From IMG/VR virus record IMGVR_UViG_2850796239_000012: a stretch of 51,993 bases of DNA. One strand, written 5' to 3'. Within the stretch, counting starts at the first letter, position 1, and every line of letters starts with the position of its first letter. The position numbers and the translations under genes were made by a program. Below are positions 20,034 to 29,896 of the stretch, in pieces. The notes below the pieces were generated by a model, which saw only the letters and a program-made list of their open reading frames with translations, had not been told where the DNA came from and searched no databases. The stretch comes from a virus. Taxonomy: Duplodnaviria; Heunggongvirae; Uroviricota; Caudoviricetes.

Positions 20034-20486
20034 TTATTCCGCTGGCGGGATGGGCGTCTCTTTGGTAGGGTGTCCTTGCAAAAAATTTCCTAGCGAATCG
20101 GCGACCACCCGCGCCACCAGCTGCAGCATGACCAGCAGGTCAATATCATCAAACATCAGTTCGCCCTGGGTAAATACCGGCACCCATCCGTCCATATGAC
20201 GCCGCGACACCACCGCAAGACAGGGATGAATAATTGCACTGGTGTCATCTTCGGTCAGGGAAGACAGTTCCTCAGCGATACGCGGGAGCATGGTTTCAAA
20301 CACCGGTTTTAACTGCTCGAATTTCACGGTGTCTATTTTGCCGTCAGCAGGCAAACGGGAGCGAATGCTCCCGAAATCTGACATCATTCCTGCCAGCACC
20401 GGCAGAAGTTTGCGGGTCACTTTCAGCTGGTCAAAAACGCTGAGTTTTGCCGCGCGATATTTCACGCCTTTGATTTCGAATTCCAT
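20034..20486 (-). CDS. Tail assembly chaperone (gpG-like)
   Basis: 150 aa between tube and tape measure genes; -1 frame is open from near its 3' end to just inside the tape measure gene. Confidence 0.6.
   Translation of the reverse strand: MEFEIKGVKYRAAKLSVFDQLKVTRKLLPVLAGMMSDFGSIRSRLPADGKIDTVKFEQLKPVFETMLPRIAEELSSLTEDDTSAIIHPCLAVVSRRHMDGWVPVFTQGELMFDDIDLLVMLQLVARVVADSLGNFLQGHPTKETPIPPAE
20079..20085 (-). other. Candidate -1 programmed frameshift site of the tail chaperone (T TTT TTG)
   Basis: Zero-frame codons aaT TTT TTG 14 codons before the chaperone stop; the -1 frame then stays open for ~80 codons to a TAA at ~19837. Confidence 0.45.
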
Positions 20487-20489
20487 GTA

Positions 20490-20930
20490 TTAAAACTCCC
20501 CGAGAACCTGGTCAATCTTGCCGCAGTCAAGCACCCACGGCATCGTATTACCGGTTTTAGCGTTGGCGTTATCCGGTTGTTTCTGGAACGCAACACTGCG
20601 TGCCGTGATGATGTCGCCGCTGACCTTGTTTCGGATCACAATAACGTTATTCCCCCATGTGGCAGAAGACTGGCTCTGTGCGTTATACGCCAGCGACAAT
20701 TTTTTATTTGTCGGTGATGTCTTCAGAAGGTTAACGGTAATCGTCCCGCTTTTATCTGCATGGAGACTGTGCATCACTTCGCCATCAGCACCGATGGTCA
20801 TGGTGTTTTTAGGACCGCCCATCGCAACCACAATCCCCTCTTCAGAACTTGCCGAACCGTACCCGAGGTCAATCGAACCGGTCGGCCCGGTCAGCGTCGC
20901 AGTGACATCCATAAAAGAATAGGTAGACAT
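20490..20930 (-). CDS. Tail tube protein
   Basis: 146 aa, directly downstream of the sheath gene (contractile-tail gene order). Confidence 0.6.
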   Translation of the reverse strand: MSTYSFMDVTATLTGPTGSIDLGYGSASSEEGIVVAMGGPKNTMTIGADGEVMHSLHADKSGTITVNLLKTSPTNKKLSLAYNAQSQSSATWGNNVIVIRNKVSGDIITARSVAFQKQPDNANAKTGNTMPWVLDCGKIDQVLGEF

Positions 20931-20940
20931 TCACTTCCCC

Positions 20941-22086
20941 TTAGCGAACAACGTTAATCTGTACGTCAGCGTAATGAACCGCGCCTGCAAGTTTTATTGC
21001 AGCCTGAATCACCGGAGCCTTACGGGCTTCACGTTCTGATTGTGCCTGTTCATCCCGCGGCTGGGCGTATACGTAATAACCTTTGGGCAGCGTGTCACCT
21101 GATGACAACTGACCAAGGTCGCCACCGTTCCATACGCCCGGAGCAATCAGTCCATTCTGAACGGCCTGATCCAGTGATTTTTCAACACTTGATAACAGTC
21201 GGGTAATACCGGCTTCACTCTGGGGTACTTTCGTGGTGCTGGTATAAAGCAGGTTATAGAGGTTGGTCTGCACATAATTCTGTAACCAGTCCAGGCCGTG
21301 GCGTTCATCAAAGAAATCGCCGTTAGCCATCACTCCCTGCTGGAGGATAGCCGTATCATTCTGGTAGTACACGAATACATTGCAGTTTTTTGCATCAAGT
21401 GCCGATGCCTGGCTGACTGTCAGTGTTTCATACCCGACACCCGGCTCCTGCTTAAACTTGAGCGTAATCGCGGTATTACTGCCATTGAAATTAACCGTGA
21501 ATGCCCGGCCAAATGCAGATAACGCAGCGTATTTATTACCCGATGAATACTGAATAAAACTGCGTGAATATCCGGCGGTTTTCAGTTTTGATGCCAAATC
21601 ATCGCTGGATGCAGTCTGCAGGCATTTCTCATCGCTTGTCGTAATCGCCAGAATACGGCTTACAGAAGAGGATTCGATCGCCGCAGCCACTTTCAGCCAG
21701 TCTGCATCCGGAATATCTGCATCGTCTGCAATCCCCAGCCCATACCATGAAGTATAATCAAGCATGGCATTCACAGCCTGCTCCAGCGTCTCAGGCGTGG
21801 CCTGTTCGCTGTCTCCCTTCGTTTTCACCCAACGACCAACAAAAACCTCCTGAGGTTTCGGTGATTGTGAGAAAAACACCTGCGCAGCCTTATATTCTGG
21901 TGATTCCACGCCAAAATCTTTTCCAATATCTTCCGCAGCAGAATAACGGCGAATGCGCTCACTTACCGGAATGATTGTGGACGGGCCGAGAATGAGTAAT
22001 GCACCAAAATTTCGCCCTGATGCTGCACGCGGCGACATGATCACATCAACATTAACAACGTTTGATACAGGCAAGCCCTGTGCCAT
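20941..22086 (-). CDS. Tail sheath protein
   Basis: 381 aa; first gene of the sheath-tube-chaperone-tape measure block. Confidence 0.7.
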   Translation of the reverse strand: MAQGLPVSNVVNVDVIMSPRAASGRNFGALLILGPSTIIPVSERIRRYSAAEDIGKDFGVESPEYKAAQVFFSQSPKPQEVFVGRWVKTKGDSEQATPETLEQAVNAMLDYTSWYGLGIADDADIPDADWLKVAAAIESSSVSRILAITTSDEKCLQTASSDDLASKLKTAGYSRSFIQYSSGNKYAALSAFGRAFTVNFNGSNTAITLKFKQEPGVGYETLTVSQASALDAKNCNVFVYYQNDTAILQQGVMANGDFFDERHGLDWLQNYVQTNLYNLLYTSTTKVPQSEAGITRLLSSVEKSLDQAVQNGLIAPGVWNGGDLGQLSSGDTLPKGYYVYAQPRDEQAQSEREARKAPVIQAAIKLAGAVHYADVQINVVR

Positions 22087-22192
22087 AGCTTAATCTCCGA
22101 AAAAGATGACTGGTGCTTCCACCAGCGATTTAGGCTGTGTCCCTTAATCATCTGAGCTATAGTAACTGTCTGTTTACACAACATATTGAACT

Positions 22193-22642
22193 ATGGCTCG
22201 CTACGACCTTCCCGATGAGGCATGGACCATCATCAAGCCCCTGTTACCTCCTGAACCCGCCACACCACGGGCCGGACGCCCATGGGCTGAGCACCGTAAA
22301 ATCATCAATGGCATGTTCTGGGTGTTATGTTCCGGTGCACCATGGCGCGATTTACCCGAACGATATGGGGCATGGAAAACTGTTTATAACCGCTTTAACC
22401 GATGGTCAAAGTCAGGCGTGATTAATATTATTTTCAACAGGTTGCTTTCGCTACTTGATGCAAACGGCTTTATTGACTGGTCTGCCACCGCGCTGGATGG
22501 CAGTAATATCCGGGCGCTGAAATGTGCCGTCGGTGCTCAAAAAAACATCCCGATATCGACGGAGATAATGGGCTGGGTCGCTCTCGCGGCGGTTTTGGCA
22601 CCAAAATCCATCTGGCAACAGACGGAAGTGGCCTCCCGTTAA
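22193..22642 (+). CDS. IS5-family transposase OrfA
   Basis: 149 aa. Confidence 0.8.
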   Translation: MARYDLPDEAWTIIKPLLPPEPATPRAGRPWAEHRKIINGMFWVLCSGAPWRDLPERYGAWKTVYNRFNRWSKSGVINIIFNRLLSLLDANGFIDWSATALDGSNIRALKCAVGAQKNIPISTEIMGWVALAAVLAPKSIWQQTEVASR

Positions 22643-23037
22643 ATATCGTGCTAAGCCCCGGACAAGCTCATGAAAGCCAGTTCGCGCAACGACTTCTGGA
22701 CGGGATTGGCGTTCAGCGTCAGAACGGCAGCATGAAACGCCGTGGACATGCGGTACTGGCTGATAAAGCGTATTCAGGGCGCGCATTGCGCAACGAGCTG
22801 AAAAATAACGGTATAAAGGCAGTAATCCCCCGAAAGTCAAATGAGAAAATGGCATCGGATGGACGTGCACAGCTTGATCGTGATGCGTACCGCAATCGTA
22901 ATGTCGTTGAACGGTGCTTTGGGCGGCTGAAAGAATATCGCCGCATCGCCACGCGTTACGACAAAACGGCGAGAAATTACCTGGCGATGGTGAAACTGGG
23001 CTGCATCCGACTCTTTTATCAACGCTTACGTAATTAA
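22522..23037 (+). CDS. IS5-family transposase OrfB
   Basis: 171 aa; -1 frame relative to orfA; A AAA AAC at ~22539-22545. Confidence 0.75.
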   Translation: MCRRCSKKHPDIDGDNGLGRSRGGFGTKIHLATDGSGLPLNIVLSPGQAHESQFAQRLLDGIGVQRQNGSMKRRGHAVLADKAYSGRALRNELKNNGIKAVIPRKSNEKMASDGRAQLDRDAYRNRNVVERCFGRLKEYRRIATRYDKTARNYLAMVKLGCIRLFYQRLRN

Positions 23038-23616
23038 GGGACACAGCCTAATACCGTACTCGCGCACAACCTTCCGGCGCAGACGCACCGTCATATCGTA
23101 GCGGCGGACCCATTGCTGATTAATAAGTTCAGGGAAGGGAGTCAGACCTGTGTAATCGCCAAGAGACAGCCCCAGCGCATTCAGTGCTGCATTGTTCTGC
23201 GGCACAGATATACCGTCACGAAACCGGGACGCATACACCATCCCCGCCGGACCATAAAACGAAGCCATACACTCAATCGTTTCATGCCGCCAGAGCTGAG
23301 AGCCATCATCGGTCTGTCTGGTGAATGCCGGACTGTCATCACCTGACCATCCGATAACCCCAAACGCACACCAGCTCGTTTCAGCCGGTAGCAGTGGCGG
23401 CTGCTCTTTCTGCCAGCGCGGACGAACCATCCCGGCAGACAGACCGGAAACGTTACGCATCCACTGGCTTAACAGCCTGTCGAGCGCTTCGTCATAATCC
23501 GGATCGCCACTGGTTGGTATCAGCCATCCGCGCTCTGTGCTGGTGTTATTGCTCAACCGGAATTCCCCCATCAAACGGCAGCAACTCACAATGCGCCTGA
23601 ACGAATCCGGCACCAT
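23026..23616 (-). CDS. Phage head-tail joining/neck protein, C-terminus replaced by IS-derived codons
   Basis: 196-aa ORF whose last ~7 codons and stop lie inside the IS; without the IS the frame would continue …KSLVEAPVIFFGD* to a stop 3 nt before the sheath start. Confidence 0.5.
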   Translation of the reverse strand: MVPDSFRRIVSCCRLMGEFRLSNNTSTERGWLIPTSGDPDYDEALDRLLSQWMRNVSGLSAGMVRPRWQKEQPPLLPAETSWCAFGVIGWSGDDSPAFTRQTDDGSQLWRHETIECMASFYGPAGMVYASRFRDGISVPQNNAALNALGLSLGDYTGLTPFPELINQQWVRRYDMTVRLRRKVVREYGIRLCPLIT

Positions 23617-23935
23617 ACGCTGTATACGGGTCGACGAAAGTCACACGATAATCACGGCCCTGATACGTCACGATATCGGCATCACGGCCAGTCTGTCCCT
23701 GCGTCAGTCGCTCAGTCGTCACAATCAGAATTGCACCACTGATTACCTGCCCGGCCTGCATACGACGGTTTTCCAGAGAGCGATCAACAGTAACGACTCC
23801 GGCAAACTGCTTTTTAACTTCGCTGTCGCTGCCGATCCCATCCTCATCCACCGTTTGCACACGGCGTGTTACCCACAAATTGAAGTCGCAAAAATCGGGG
23901 TCAAAAAGCACATCTGTTACATCAAGAGTCGGCAT
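23546..23935 (-). CDS. Phage structural protein (hypothetical)
   Basis: 129-aa ORF in the head-tail connector region. Confidence 0.4.
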   Translation of the reverse strand: MPTLDVTDVLFDPDFCDFNLWVTRRVQTVDEDGIGSDSEVKKQFAGVVTVDRSLENRRMQAGQVISGAILIVTTERLTQGQTGRDADIVTYQGRDYRVTFVDPYTAYGAGFVQAHCELLPFDGGIPVEQ

Positions 23936-24476
23936 CTTTATCCCTCACAACATGGGTAATCGCTCTGCGATATTGCCCGGTGTCAATTAATGGTTTCGCC
24001 AGTTCGGTTCCCGGAGATTCGCCAGCAGCACGCCGGGCAAGTTCCAGTGTTGCCCCCTTGCGCCCCCGACGAGCCCGGGCTTCAACAGTACTGTCAGCAA
24101 GCGGCGTAAAGCCGGTAATGGTCATGTAACGCCTGACGCCATTAGCGGCCAGCGTTCCGGCACGGTTGAGCGCTCTTTCCGCACCCGCCGCATTACCATC
24201 AAGCGCAGCCTGCGCCGCTGCTTTGAGCTGCGGCACTGTCTGTTCTTCTACCGATTTAACGCCGGGGACCAGGTGAGGTCGTGGCGGGATGTTTTGCGCC
24301 GGTGAGCCGTATTCGTTGAGGTAACCGATGCCCGCATTACCAAACGGAACATCATCCCGCTCGCTGTCTTCCGAAGGGATGCCGACCAGCACATCTTTTT
24401 TGGTTAACGACCTGAGCGCATCCAGAATTGCCTGAGCGTTATCCACCCTCGTTGTTACACCGCTTTTGAAACTCAT
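23922..24476 (-). CDS. Phage virion morphogenesis protein (hypothetical)
   Basis: 184-aa ORF, coupled within the structural operon. Confidence 0.4.
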   Translation of the reverse strand: MSFKSGVTTRVDNAQAILDALRSLTKKDVLVGIPSEDSERDDVPFGNAGIGYLNEYGSPAQNIPPRPHLVPGVKSVEEQTVPQLKAAAQAALDGNAAGAERALNRAGTLAANGVRRYMTITGFTPLADSTVEARARRGRKGATLELARRAAGESPGTELAKPLIDTGQYRRAITHVVRDKDADS

Positions 24477-24880
24477 AGCTGGCGACCGCCTGCACCGAAC
24501 ATCGTGATCAACTGATAAAATTCAGCGCCATATCGGGTGTTATTCCAGAAACCTGCATCAGGATTCAGCGTCGCGCTGGTGTCATAACTGACGCTTACCT
24601 TATCCACGGACTTTGAGGACTGAACACCATTGGTTGAACCGCCCGGACCACCAGCCAGCATCGCCCGGCTGTCTGCCGCCCAGAGCGTCATGTAGTGCGC
24701 AACGAACAATCCGGCAAAGTACGGAAACAACTTTTTTTCGGTGACGTTTTCGCTCAGCAGTTCATCGGCCAGATTCAGACGAAACTGGATTTGCGCTTCG
24801 GGATATTTGGCAGGGTCAGCAAACTGCGGGAAGTCGCGGCGAAAATCACTTACCGCTGGCAGACTTTGATTCTTTGGCAT
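24473..24880 (-). CDS. Phage structural protein (hypothetical)
   Basis: 135-aa ORF downstream of the capsid gene. Confidence 0.4.
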   Translation of the reverse strand: MPKNQSLPAVSDFRRDFPQFADPAKYPEAQIQFRLNLADELLSENVTEKKLFPYFAGLFVAHYMTLWAADSRAMLAGGPGGSTNGVQSSKSVDKVSVSYDTSATLNPDAGFWNNTRYGAEFYQLITMFGAGGRQL

Positions 24881-25108
24881 TTTTTACCTCGTTACGCGCG
24901 TCTGTGGCTTTGCCAACGGATACTTCCGCGTGCGCACGAGTGAACCAGTGCGTGGCAACGTCTTCCTCCACTGCATGACGGCCTTTAACAAACTCGCGCC
25001 GCGAACCGTCGGGAAGCGTGAGCACAAACGGGGTATGTACGTGTATTACTGCATTATTTTTTGCCATCGGGTCATCCTTAATGGCCCCGCCAGGGGGCCA
25101 TATGGCTG

Positions 25109-26050
25109 TTAAATGCCATCAACGTACGAAATGGTTTCTTTGTACACTGGCTCGACTGCACCCAGCTTGCCGTAGTAAGTGACGATCTGATACAGACCGC
25201 GATACTGCACCGGCACGCTCTGAAGCGGAACCAGCGGGTAGCGGACGTATTTTTTATCGTTGGTGTACGCAACCATGCGATCCTTATTCCCCACACCACG
25301 GCCTTTCAGCCATTTAACCGCGCGGATATTCAGCGGAACACCGTTCTGGTGATAGCTGATGGTGTTGGTCTGAAGGTACGTCAACAGGGACTGGTTACCT
25401 GCAGATGAAACGATGATGCTGGACAACAGAGCAAACTGCTCAGGCGGGATCAGCAAATCACGCGGAACCACAGAGTAACCAGAAGCGGCCCACGCATCAG
25501 ACAGCACCTGGTTAATGCTTGCGCGGATTTCGTCCGGTGTTGAGGTTGCCCACGTTTTGGCAGCGTTGTTGACAGGCACGCCGTCCAGGGTAACAAGGCC
25601 TTTCAGGTTTAATGCGGAATCGCCAACATATACCTGTTCATCGTTATCCATCTGCCATTTCAGTTGCATACCGTCATACTTCTGCGTATCAATCGGGCGG
25701 CCGACCTGCTGAGCAGCCTGCAATTCTATGACCGTCCAGCCAAGTTCCATCCCCCACAGGTTCAGCGGGTTACCGGATTTGCCGATATCCACGTTCACGC
25801 CAGCAATAGCGGTTGAGTCTTTGCCTACCCAGTTTTTTCCATTCGGATTTGCGCCAGTACCCGCAGCGGCGAAGCTGGTATTCGTCCAGCTGGAAATGTC
25901 ATCTGCGATGGAGACGTCTTCACGCAGTTGAATATCGCGGCTCCAGGTGTACCCCACCAGTGGCAGGTTCAGCGTCTGGTCGAGTCGCTCCAGCTCCCCG
26001 ATGAGAAAGGCACCAGAGCTGTCAACGGTTGCCTGATCAAAAGTAATCAT
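25109..26050 (-). CDS. Major capsid protein
   Basis: 313 aa, downstream of scaffold and decoration-like genes. Confidence 0.6.
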   Translation of the reverse strand: MITFDQATVDSSGAFLIGELERLDQTLNLPLVGYTWSRDIQLREDVSIADDISSWTNTSFAAAGTGANPNGKNWVGKDSTAIAGVNVDIGKSGNPLNLWGMELGWTVIELQAAQQVGRPIDTQKYDGMQLKWQMDNDEQVYVGDSALNLKGLVTLDGVPVNNAAKTWATSTPDEIRASINQVLSDAWAASGYSVVPRDLLIPPEQFALLSSIIVSSAGNQSLLTYLQTNTISYHQNGVPLNIRAVKWLKGRGVGNKDRMVAYTNDKKYVRYPLVPLQSVPVQYRGLYQIVTYYGKLGAVEPVYKETISYVDGI

Positions 26051-26061
26051 TCGTCTGTTCC

Positions 26062-26568
26062 TTAAATCTTCCAGGAAATTTCTGCATTGCCGTCAGCATC
26101 ACCGGCACCTGTGAATTCAGCGTTGGTCAGCACCACGTTTTTGCCACTGACTGACGTGGACATGAATCCACCCAGCGGCACTTTGATGGATTCATCAGTG
26201 GAGACGACAACGTATACCGGATCGCCTTTTTTGATAGTGCTGGCATCAAAATCAGAACCGAGATTAACGGTCACGTAGCCACGCTTCATGGCGTCGCCCG
26301 GGAAGTTCTTGCCACTCCCCACCTGGCGAACCATGTCCGGCTGCGAAGTGGTCGGATAAGGGCGCACGTAGATCCCCTTCACCTTGTCTGCGGTATCACC
26401 ATCTGCCAGCGGCACGAAAAAACCGTCATCATCGTATTTACCAGCCAGGCCATAGGCAGCGAAGGCGTTATCGGATTTAAGGACCACCGGTTCGACGGTT
26501 AAGTCCTGCGGGCGAGAGACAGCCCCGGCAATGCCAACAGGCATCCGGTACAGAAATACATTATTCAT
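26062..26568 (-). CDS. Head structural/decoration protein (hypothetical)
   Basis: 168-aa ORF between scaffold and capsid genes. Confidence 0.4.
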   Translation of the reverse strand: MNNVFLYRMPVGIAGAVSRPQDLTVEPVVLKSDNAFAAYGLAGKYDDDGFFVPLADGDTADKVKGIYVRPYPTTSQPDMVRQVGSGKNFPGDAMKRGYVTVNLGSDFDASTIKKGDPVYVVVSTDESIKVPLGGFMSTSVSGKNVVLTNAEFTGAGDADGNAEISWKI

Positions 26569-26571
26569 TTT

Positions 26572-27792
26572 TTACCCTTTACGGTTTGCCCAGAATTCAG
26601 CGTTTTGTTTGTTCAGGGAAGCGATACTGGTCATGCCCATGTTTAGGCGCTGTGCATCGCCGGTGGTGGCGCGGGTGTTTCGCCCTTTGGCAACCTCAGA
26701 CACGGCATTAAACGCCATGTCGACCGATTGTTTCGGTAATTTGCGGATATCCGCATCACCGACTATCTGGCGAACCAGCGTTTTGTCAGCAGAAGCCAGA
26801 ACCTCGCGTTTGAACGCGGTCGGTTTCATCTTACGGCTCAGATCGATACCCGGAACGATAACTTCGGCACGCCAGGCTGAGTCACCAGTAATCGTGGTTT
26901 CCTCTTCATCGTCCTCGCCGTCACCGGTCGGATTATCGTCAGGCTTATTATCGTTATCGCCCGTGGCATTTCTTTCCAGCTTAGCCAGCAGGGCTTTCAG
27001 TAATGTTTTGAGGTCATCATCACTGTCGCCGGTTGGATCTCCGCCCATCTCTGGTGCTTTGTCCGGTAGTGGTTGCTGCGGGGACAGGTTGATGTTGAGA
27101 TTAACGCCCTGCGGCAAATCCCCCTCATCTCCTGTAACCGATGCGGGAGCCGACTCCACCAGTTCGTTCATGGTGTCGGCATCTCCTGTCTTGATGGCCG
27201 CACGCATGCGGTTCCACCAGTTTTTCTTTTGATTTGCCATTGTGTCTCTATCTCCAATTGCACAACGATTTCCGGCTCTGCCTTTAGGGACAAGAGCCAC
27301 ATGGTTTCCGGTAATATCGACCTGCTCGGCTTTACCTGGCTCGGTCTGCTCGTACTCCGCGTCATAGCCGCACGACACTTCGCGCAGGCCATCTTCGATA
27401 AGCTGAATGGCGCTTTCGTCTTTGACGATAAGGTCAGCCAGCATCAAATCAGACTGCTCACCCGTCCCGCGCCGGACATTCTGGAGGTGCCCGACAGCAA
27501 GCTCTTTCCAGTTCTCGGGATTTACCAGCCGCACATTCCCGTTTTCATCTTCAGGATGCAGGATCGTGATGCTCATCCCTTCGAATGAGGCAAGCGTGGC
27601 CGGATGGAATACCTGCTCAGGAGAACGCGTGACGACTATTTCACCGAACTTATCGGGTTTCAGTTTTGGCAGGTCATCAGCACCATAGAGCTGCTTACCT
27701 GTTCGTCCTATCGGCACGTCTTTGCACAGCAACGAGCCGTCAGCCAGGCGGTATCGGGTTTCCCCGAGCCTGGTCTCAAAAAAGTATTTCAT
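26572..27792 (-). CDS. Head scaffolding/prohead protease-like protein
   Basis: 406 aa with a long acidic Asp/Gly/Thr-rich C-terminal region; between the morphogenesis and capsid genes. Confidence 0.5.
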   Translation of the reverse strand: MKYFFETRLGETRYRLADGSLLCKDVPIGRTGKQLYGADDLPKLKPDKFGEIVVTRSPEQVFHPATLASFEGMSITILHPEDENGNVRLVNPENWKELAVGHLQNVRRGTGEQSDLMLADLIVKDESAIQLIEDGLREVSCGYDAEYEQTEPGKAEQVDITGNHVALVPKGRAGNRCAIGDRDTMANQKKNWWNRMRAAIKTGDADTMNELVESAPASVTGDEGDLPQGVNLNINLSPQQPLPDKAPEMGGDPTGDSDDDLKTLLKALLAKLERNATGDNDNKPDDNPTGDGEDDEEETTITGDSAWRAEVIVPGIDLSRKMKPTAFKREVLASADKTLVRQIVGDADIRKLPKQSVDMAFNAVSEVAKGRNTRATTGDAQRLNMGMTSIASLNKQNAEFWANRKG

Positions 27793-27795
27793 GGG

Positions 27796-28578
27796 TTATG
27801 CTGCCCTTTTCATTGCGAATGGAACGCGAACAAACACGATCTCTTTATAGCAGCGGCAGTTTGGCAGCTCGCCCGCGTGGCCGGTCATGCCGTCCAAAGT
27901 TGGAGGTGAATCCCAGCGGACGAATTTACCTTTCATGTGATCGTGGGAATCTCGGACATCGCCATCATCGGCTGTACGCCAAATATAACCATCCGAGCCA
28001 ATAGCTATCGCTCGGGCCATATCCAGCGCGCCCGTTGCTCTTCCCAGTTCCGTTCGGGCAATCAGATCGGCCCTAGACTTAGCAACATCGCCGGTAGATG
28101 CAATCTCTTTAGCAAACTGCTCCGCCCGACCACCGGTGACAACAGCCTCTATCGCTTTGTTCTGGATGTCGTACACCCTGTCTGCGGCCTCGAGAGGCAG
28201 AGATTTGATGTACTTGACCTGTTCGGCGATGATGGATTGCATCACCTGGCCCACAGGAGCGCTTTCCACAAGATTGCGGAGCTCGCGACTGATGTTCTTG
28301 CTGTGTTGCCGCCAAACTTTCTCGTTCTGCCGGGTTAGGTCCGCAGTAAAGTTTTCCGCGACCTTTGTCGCCCAGGGGGTGATGATTTCACTGTAACGCT
28401 CCAGCGCCGCAATAATTTCCGTGATACTGTCATTTGAACCATCGTAGCGACCATTTACGATGTCTCCGACCGCCCTCGCTATCCTGCGTAGGCTGGTTCG
28501 ATACCGGATTTCCGCCTGACGGCTCCTGCGGTTCGTCATCAGGTTCGCCGATGCCGGGCGGCGCTTCATCTTCGGCAT
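27796..28578 (-). CDS. Head morphogenesis protein (SPP1 gp7 / Mu F-like)
   Basis: 260-aa ORF after the portal gene; its start overlaps the portal 3' end, so the true start may be internal. Confidence 0.55.
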   Translation of the reverse strand: MPKMKRRPASANLMTNRRSRQAEIRYRTSLRRIARAVGDIVNGRYDGSNDSITEIIAALERYSEIITPWATKVAENFTADLTRQNEKVWRQHSKNISRELRNLVESAPVGQVMQSIIAEQVKYIKSLPLEAADRVYDIQNKAIEAVVTGGRAEQFAKEIASTGDVAKSRADLIARTELGRATGALDMARAIAIGSDGYIWRTADDGDVRDSHDHMKGKFVRWDSPPTLDGMTGHAGELPNCRCYKEIVFVRVPFAMKRAA

Positions 28579-29896
28579 TCTCGATGTCCTCGTCGGTAAT
28601 GGATGCCCCGATGCCGGTTACGTCAGAATTTTCTCGCAAATCAGTCATAGCGGCTTTCAGTGTCATCAGACCATCACCCAGCGCCGTACTGATTGCGTTG
28701 GTGGTGTTTAACGCCACCGTTGAGCGATCGACATCAGACATTTGCCAGAGCGGGTTAAACTCAAACGTGAAATCGTCCGGCAGCGGCTTGCCAAGTTCCG
28801 AACGATGCATGATGTCCAGTATCCGCCGCACCGGAAGACGTAAACGCCTCTCCTGCAACGAACTGATGCGATCGTAATAGTTGGCAAGGTCTGCATCACC
28901 GGTAGAAAATCCTTTCGGGGACTGTCCGAACAACCGCACCAGTGGGATACCAACAGCGCCACTAATCTGTTCTGCAAACTGCGAAAGGATGTCATCCAGA
29001 CCACTGAAGCTGTACTGATGGGTTTCAAACTTATCCCGCGAGTCCATGAGCGTCATGCCTTCATTACTCTGGAACTGTCGAATCAGGTCGATATTCTTCA
29101 GCAACGCTTCATACGCAGGACCACCAAGTGCGATAAGCTCGCGTAGCTTCTCCACGCTGTAGGTACGCAAATGCGCCTTGTAGACCAGCTGCGCCGCGCC
29201 GACAGTAGCGCTGTCGAACGCGGTAAGACGATCCCAGATACGCTCTACAACCGACATTCCCCATTCGTTCTCGGTCATCTTCTGCTGAAATGGCAACGTG
29301 ACGCCATCAAAGCGAATCAGGCGACTGTGATGAATGCGCCAGGCAGGAATTCCCGTTGCTGTGGTCACCACATCGTAAAACTCAGGTTTACCCAGGTCCG
29401 GCCCCATATCTTTAATGCGGCGGGTCAGTGCCGGGTCGACCATCCAGCGGTCGAGCGGGAGAATCCCCTTAAACTTGCCCTTACCGATGGTTTCGGGTCG
29501 CAGCGGGGTCATTGGTGCCTGCCCCTCAATCATGATGAAACCCACCGCGCCGCCGTAGAGGCGCGACCATTTCAGCACGTCATTCAGCGCATCCCAGATT
29601 TGCAACTCATCCAGTTGTGATTCGAGAATGCCACGATCTTTTGCATCAATTTCCGAAGTGATGCGAATGCCTTTGCGGGTCATATCATCCGGGATAGCAT
29701 CGACTGCTTCGCCGATGATCCAGGATGAACGATAGGACCATTCCACCAGCATGCGGTTACGACTGGTGAAATTAGCCCGGTAGGTGGATGCTGAGTGCTG
29801 GTTAGGTGTCTGCATCCCTACGCGGGCAATAAAATTCTCATAACCATCAGCTGTGGCCTGCACAGTTCGCCGCAGGGCTTGTTTGTTTCGTGCCAT
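28430..29896 (-). CDS. Portal protein
   Basis: 488 aa, directly downstream of the large terminase gene. Confidence 0.75.
   Translation of the reverse strand: MARNKQALRRTVQATADGYENFIARVGMQTPNQHSASTYRANFTSRNRMLVEWSYRSSWIIGEAVDAIPDDMTRKGIRITSEIDAKDRGILESQLDELQIWDALNDVLKWSRLYGGAVGFIMIEGQAPMTPLRPETIGKGKFKGILPLDRWMVDPALTRRIKDMGPDLGKPEFYDVVTTATGIPAWRIHHSRLIRFDGVTLPFQQKMTENEWGMSVVERIWDRLTAFDSATVGAAQLVYKAHLRTYSVEKLRELIALGGPAYEALLKNIDLIRQFQSNEGMTLMDSRDKFETHQYSFSGLDDILSQFAEQISGAVGIPLVRLFGQSPKGFSTGDADLANYYDRISSLQERRLRLPVRRILDIMHRSELGKPLPDDFTFEFNPLWQMSDVDRSTVALNTTNAISTALGDGLMTLKAAMTDLRENSDVTGIGASITDEDIENAEDEAPPGIGEPDDEPQEPSGGNPVSNQPTQDSEGGRRHRKWSLRWFK

Larger units (their letters stand above)
22133..23048 (+). 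mobile_element. IS5-family two-ORF insertion sequence, copy 2 (916 bp)
   Basis: Same termini and length as copy 1, inverted orientation; flanked by TA dinucleotides; interrupts the 3' end of the gene upstream of the sheath gene. Confidence 0.8.
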
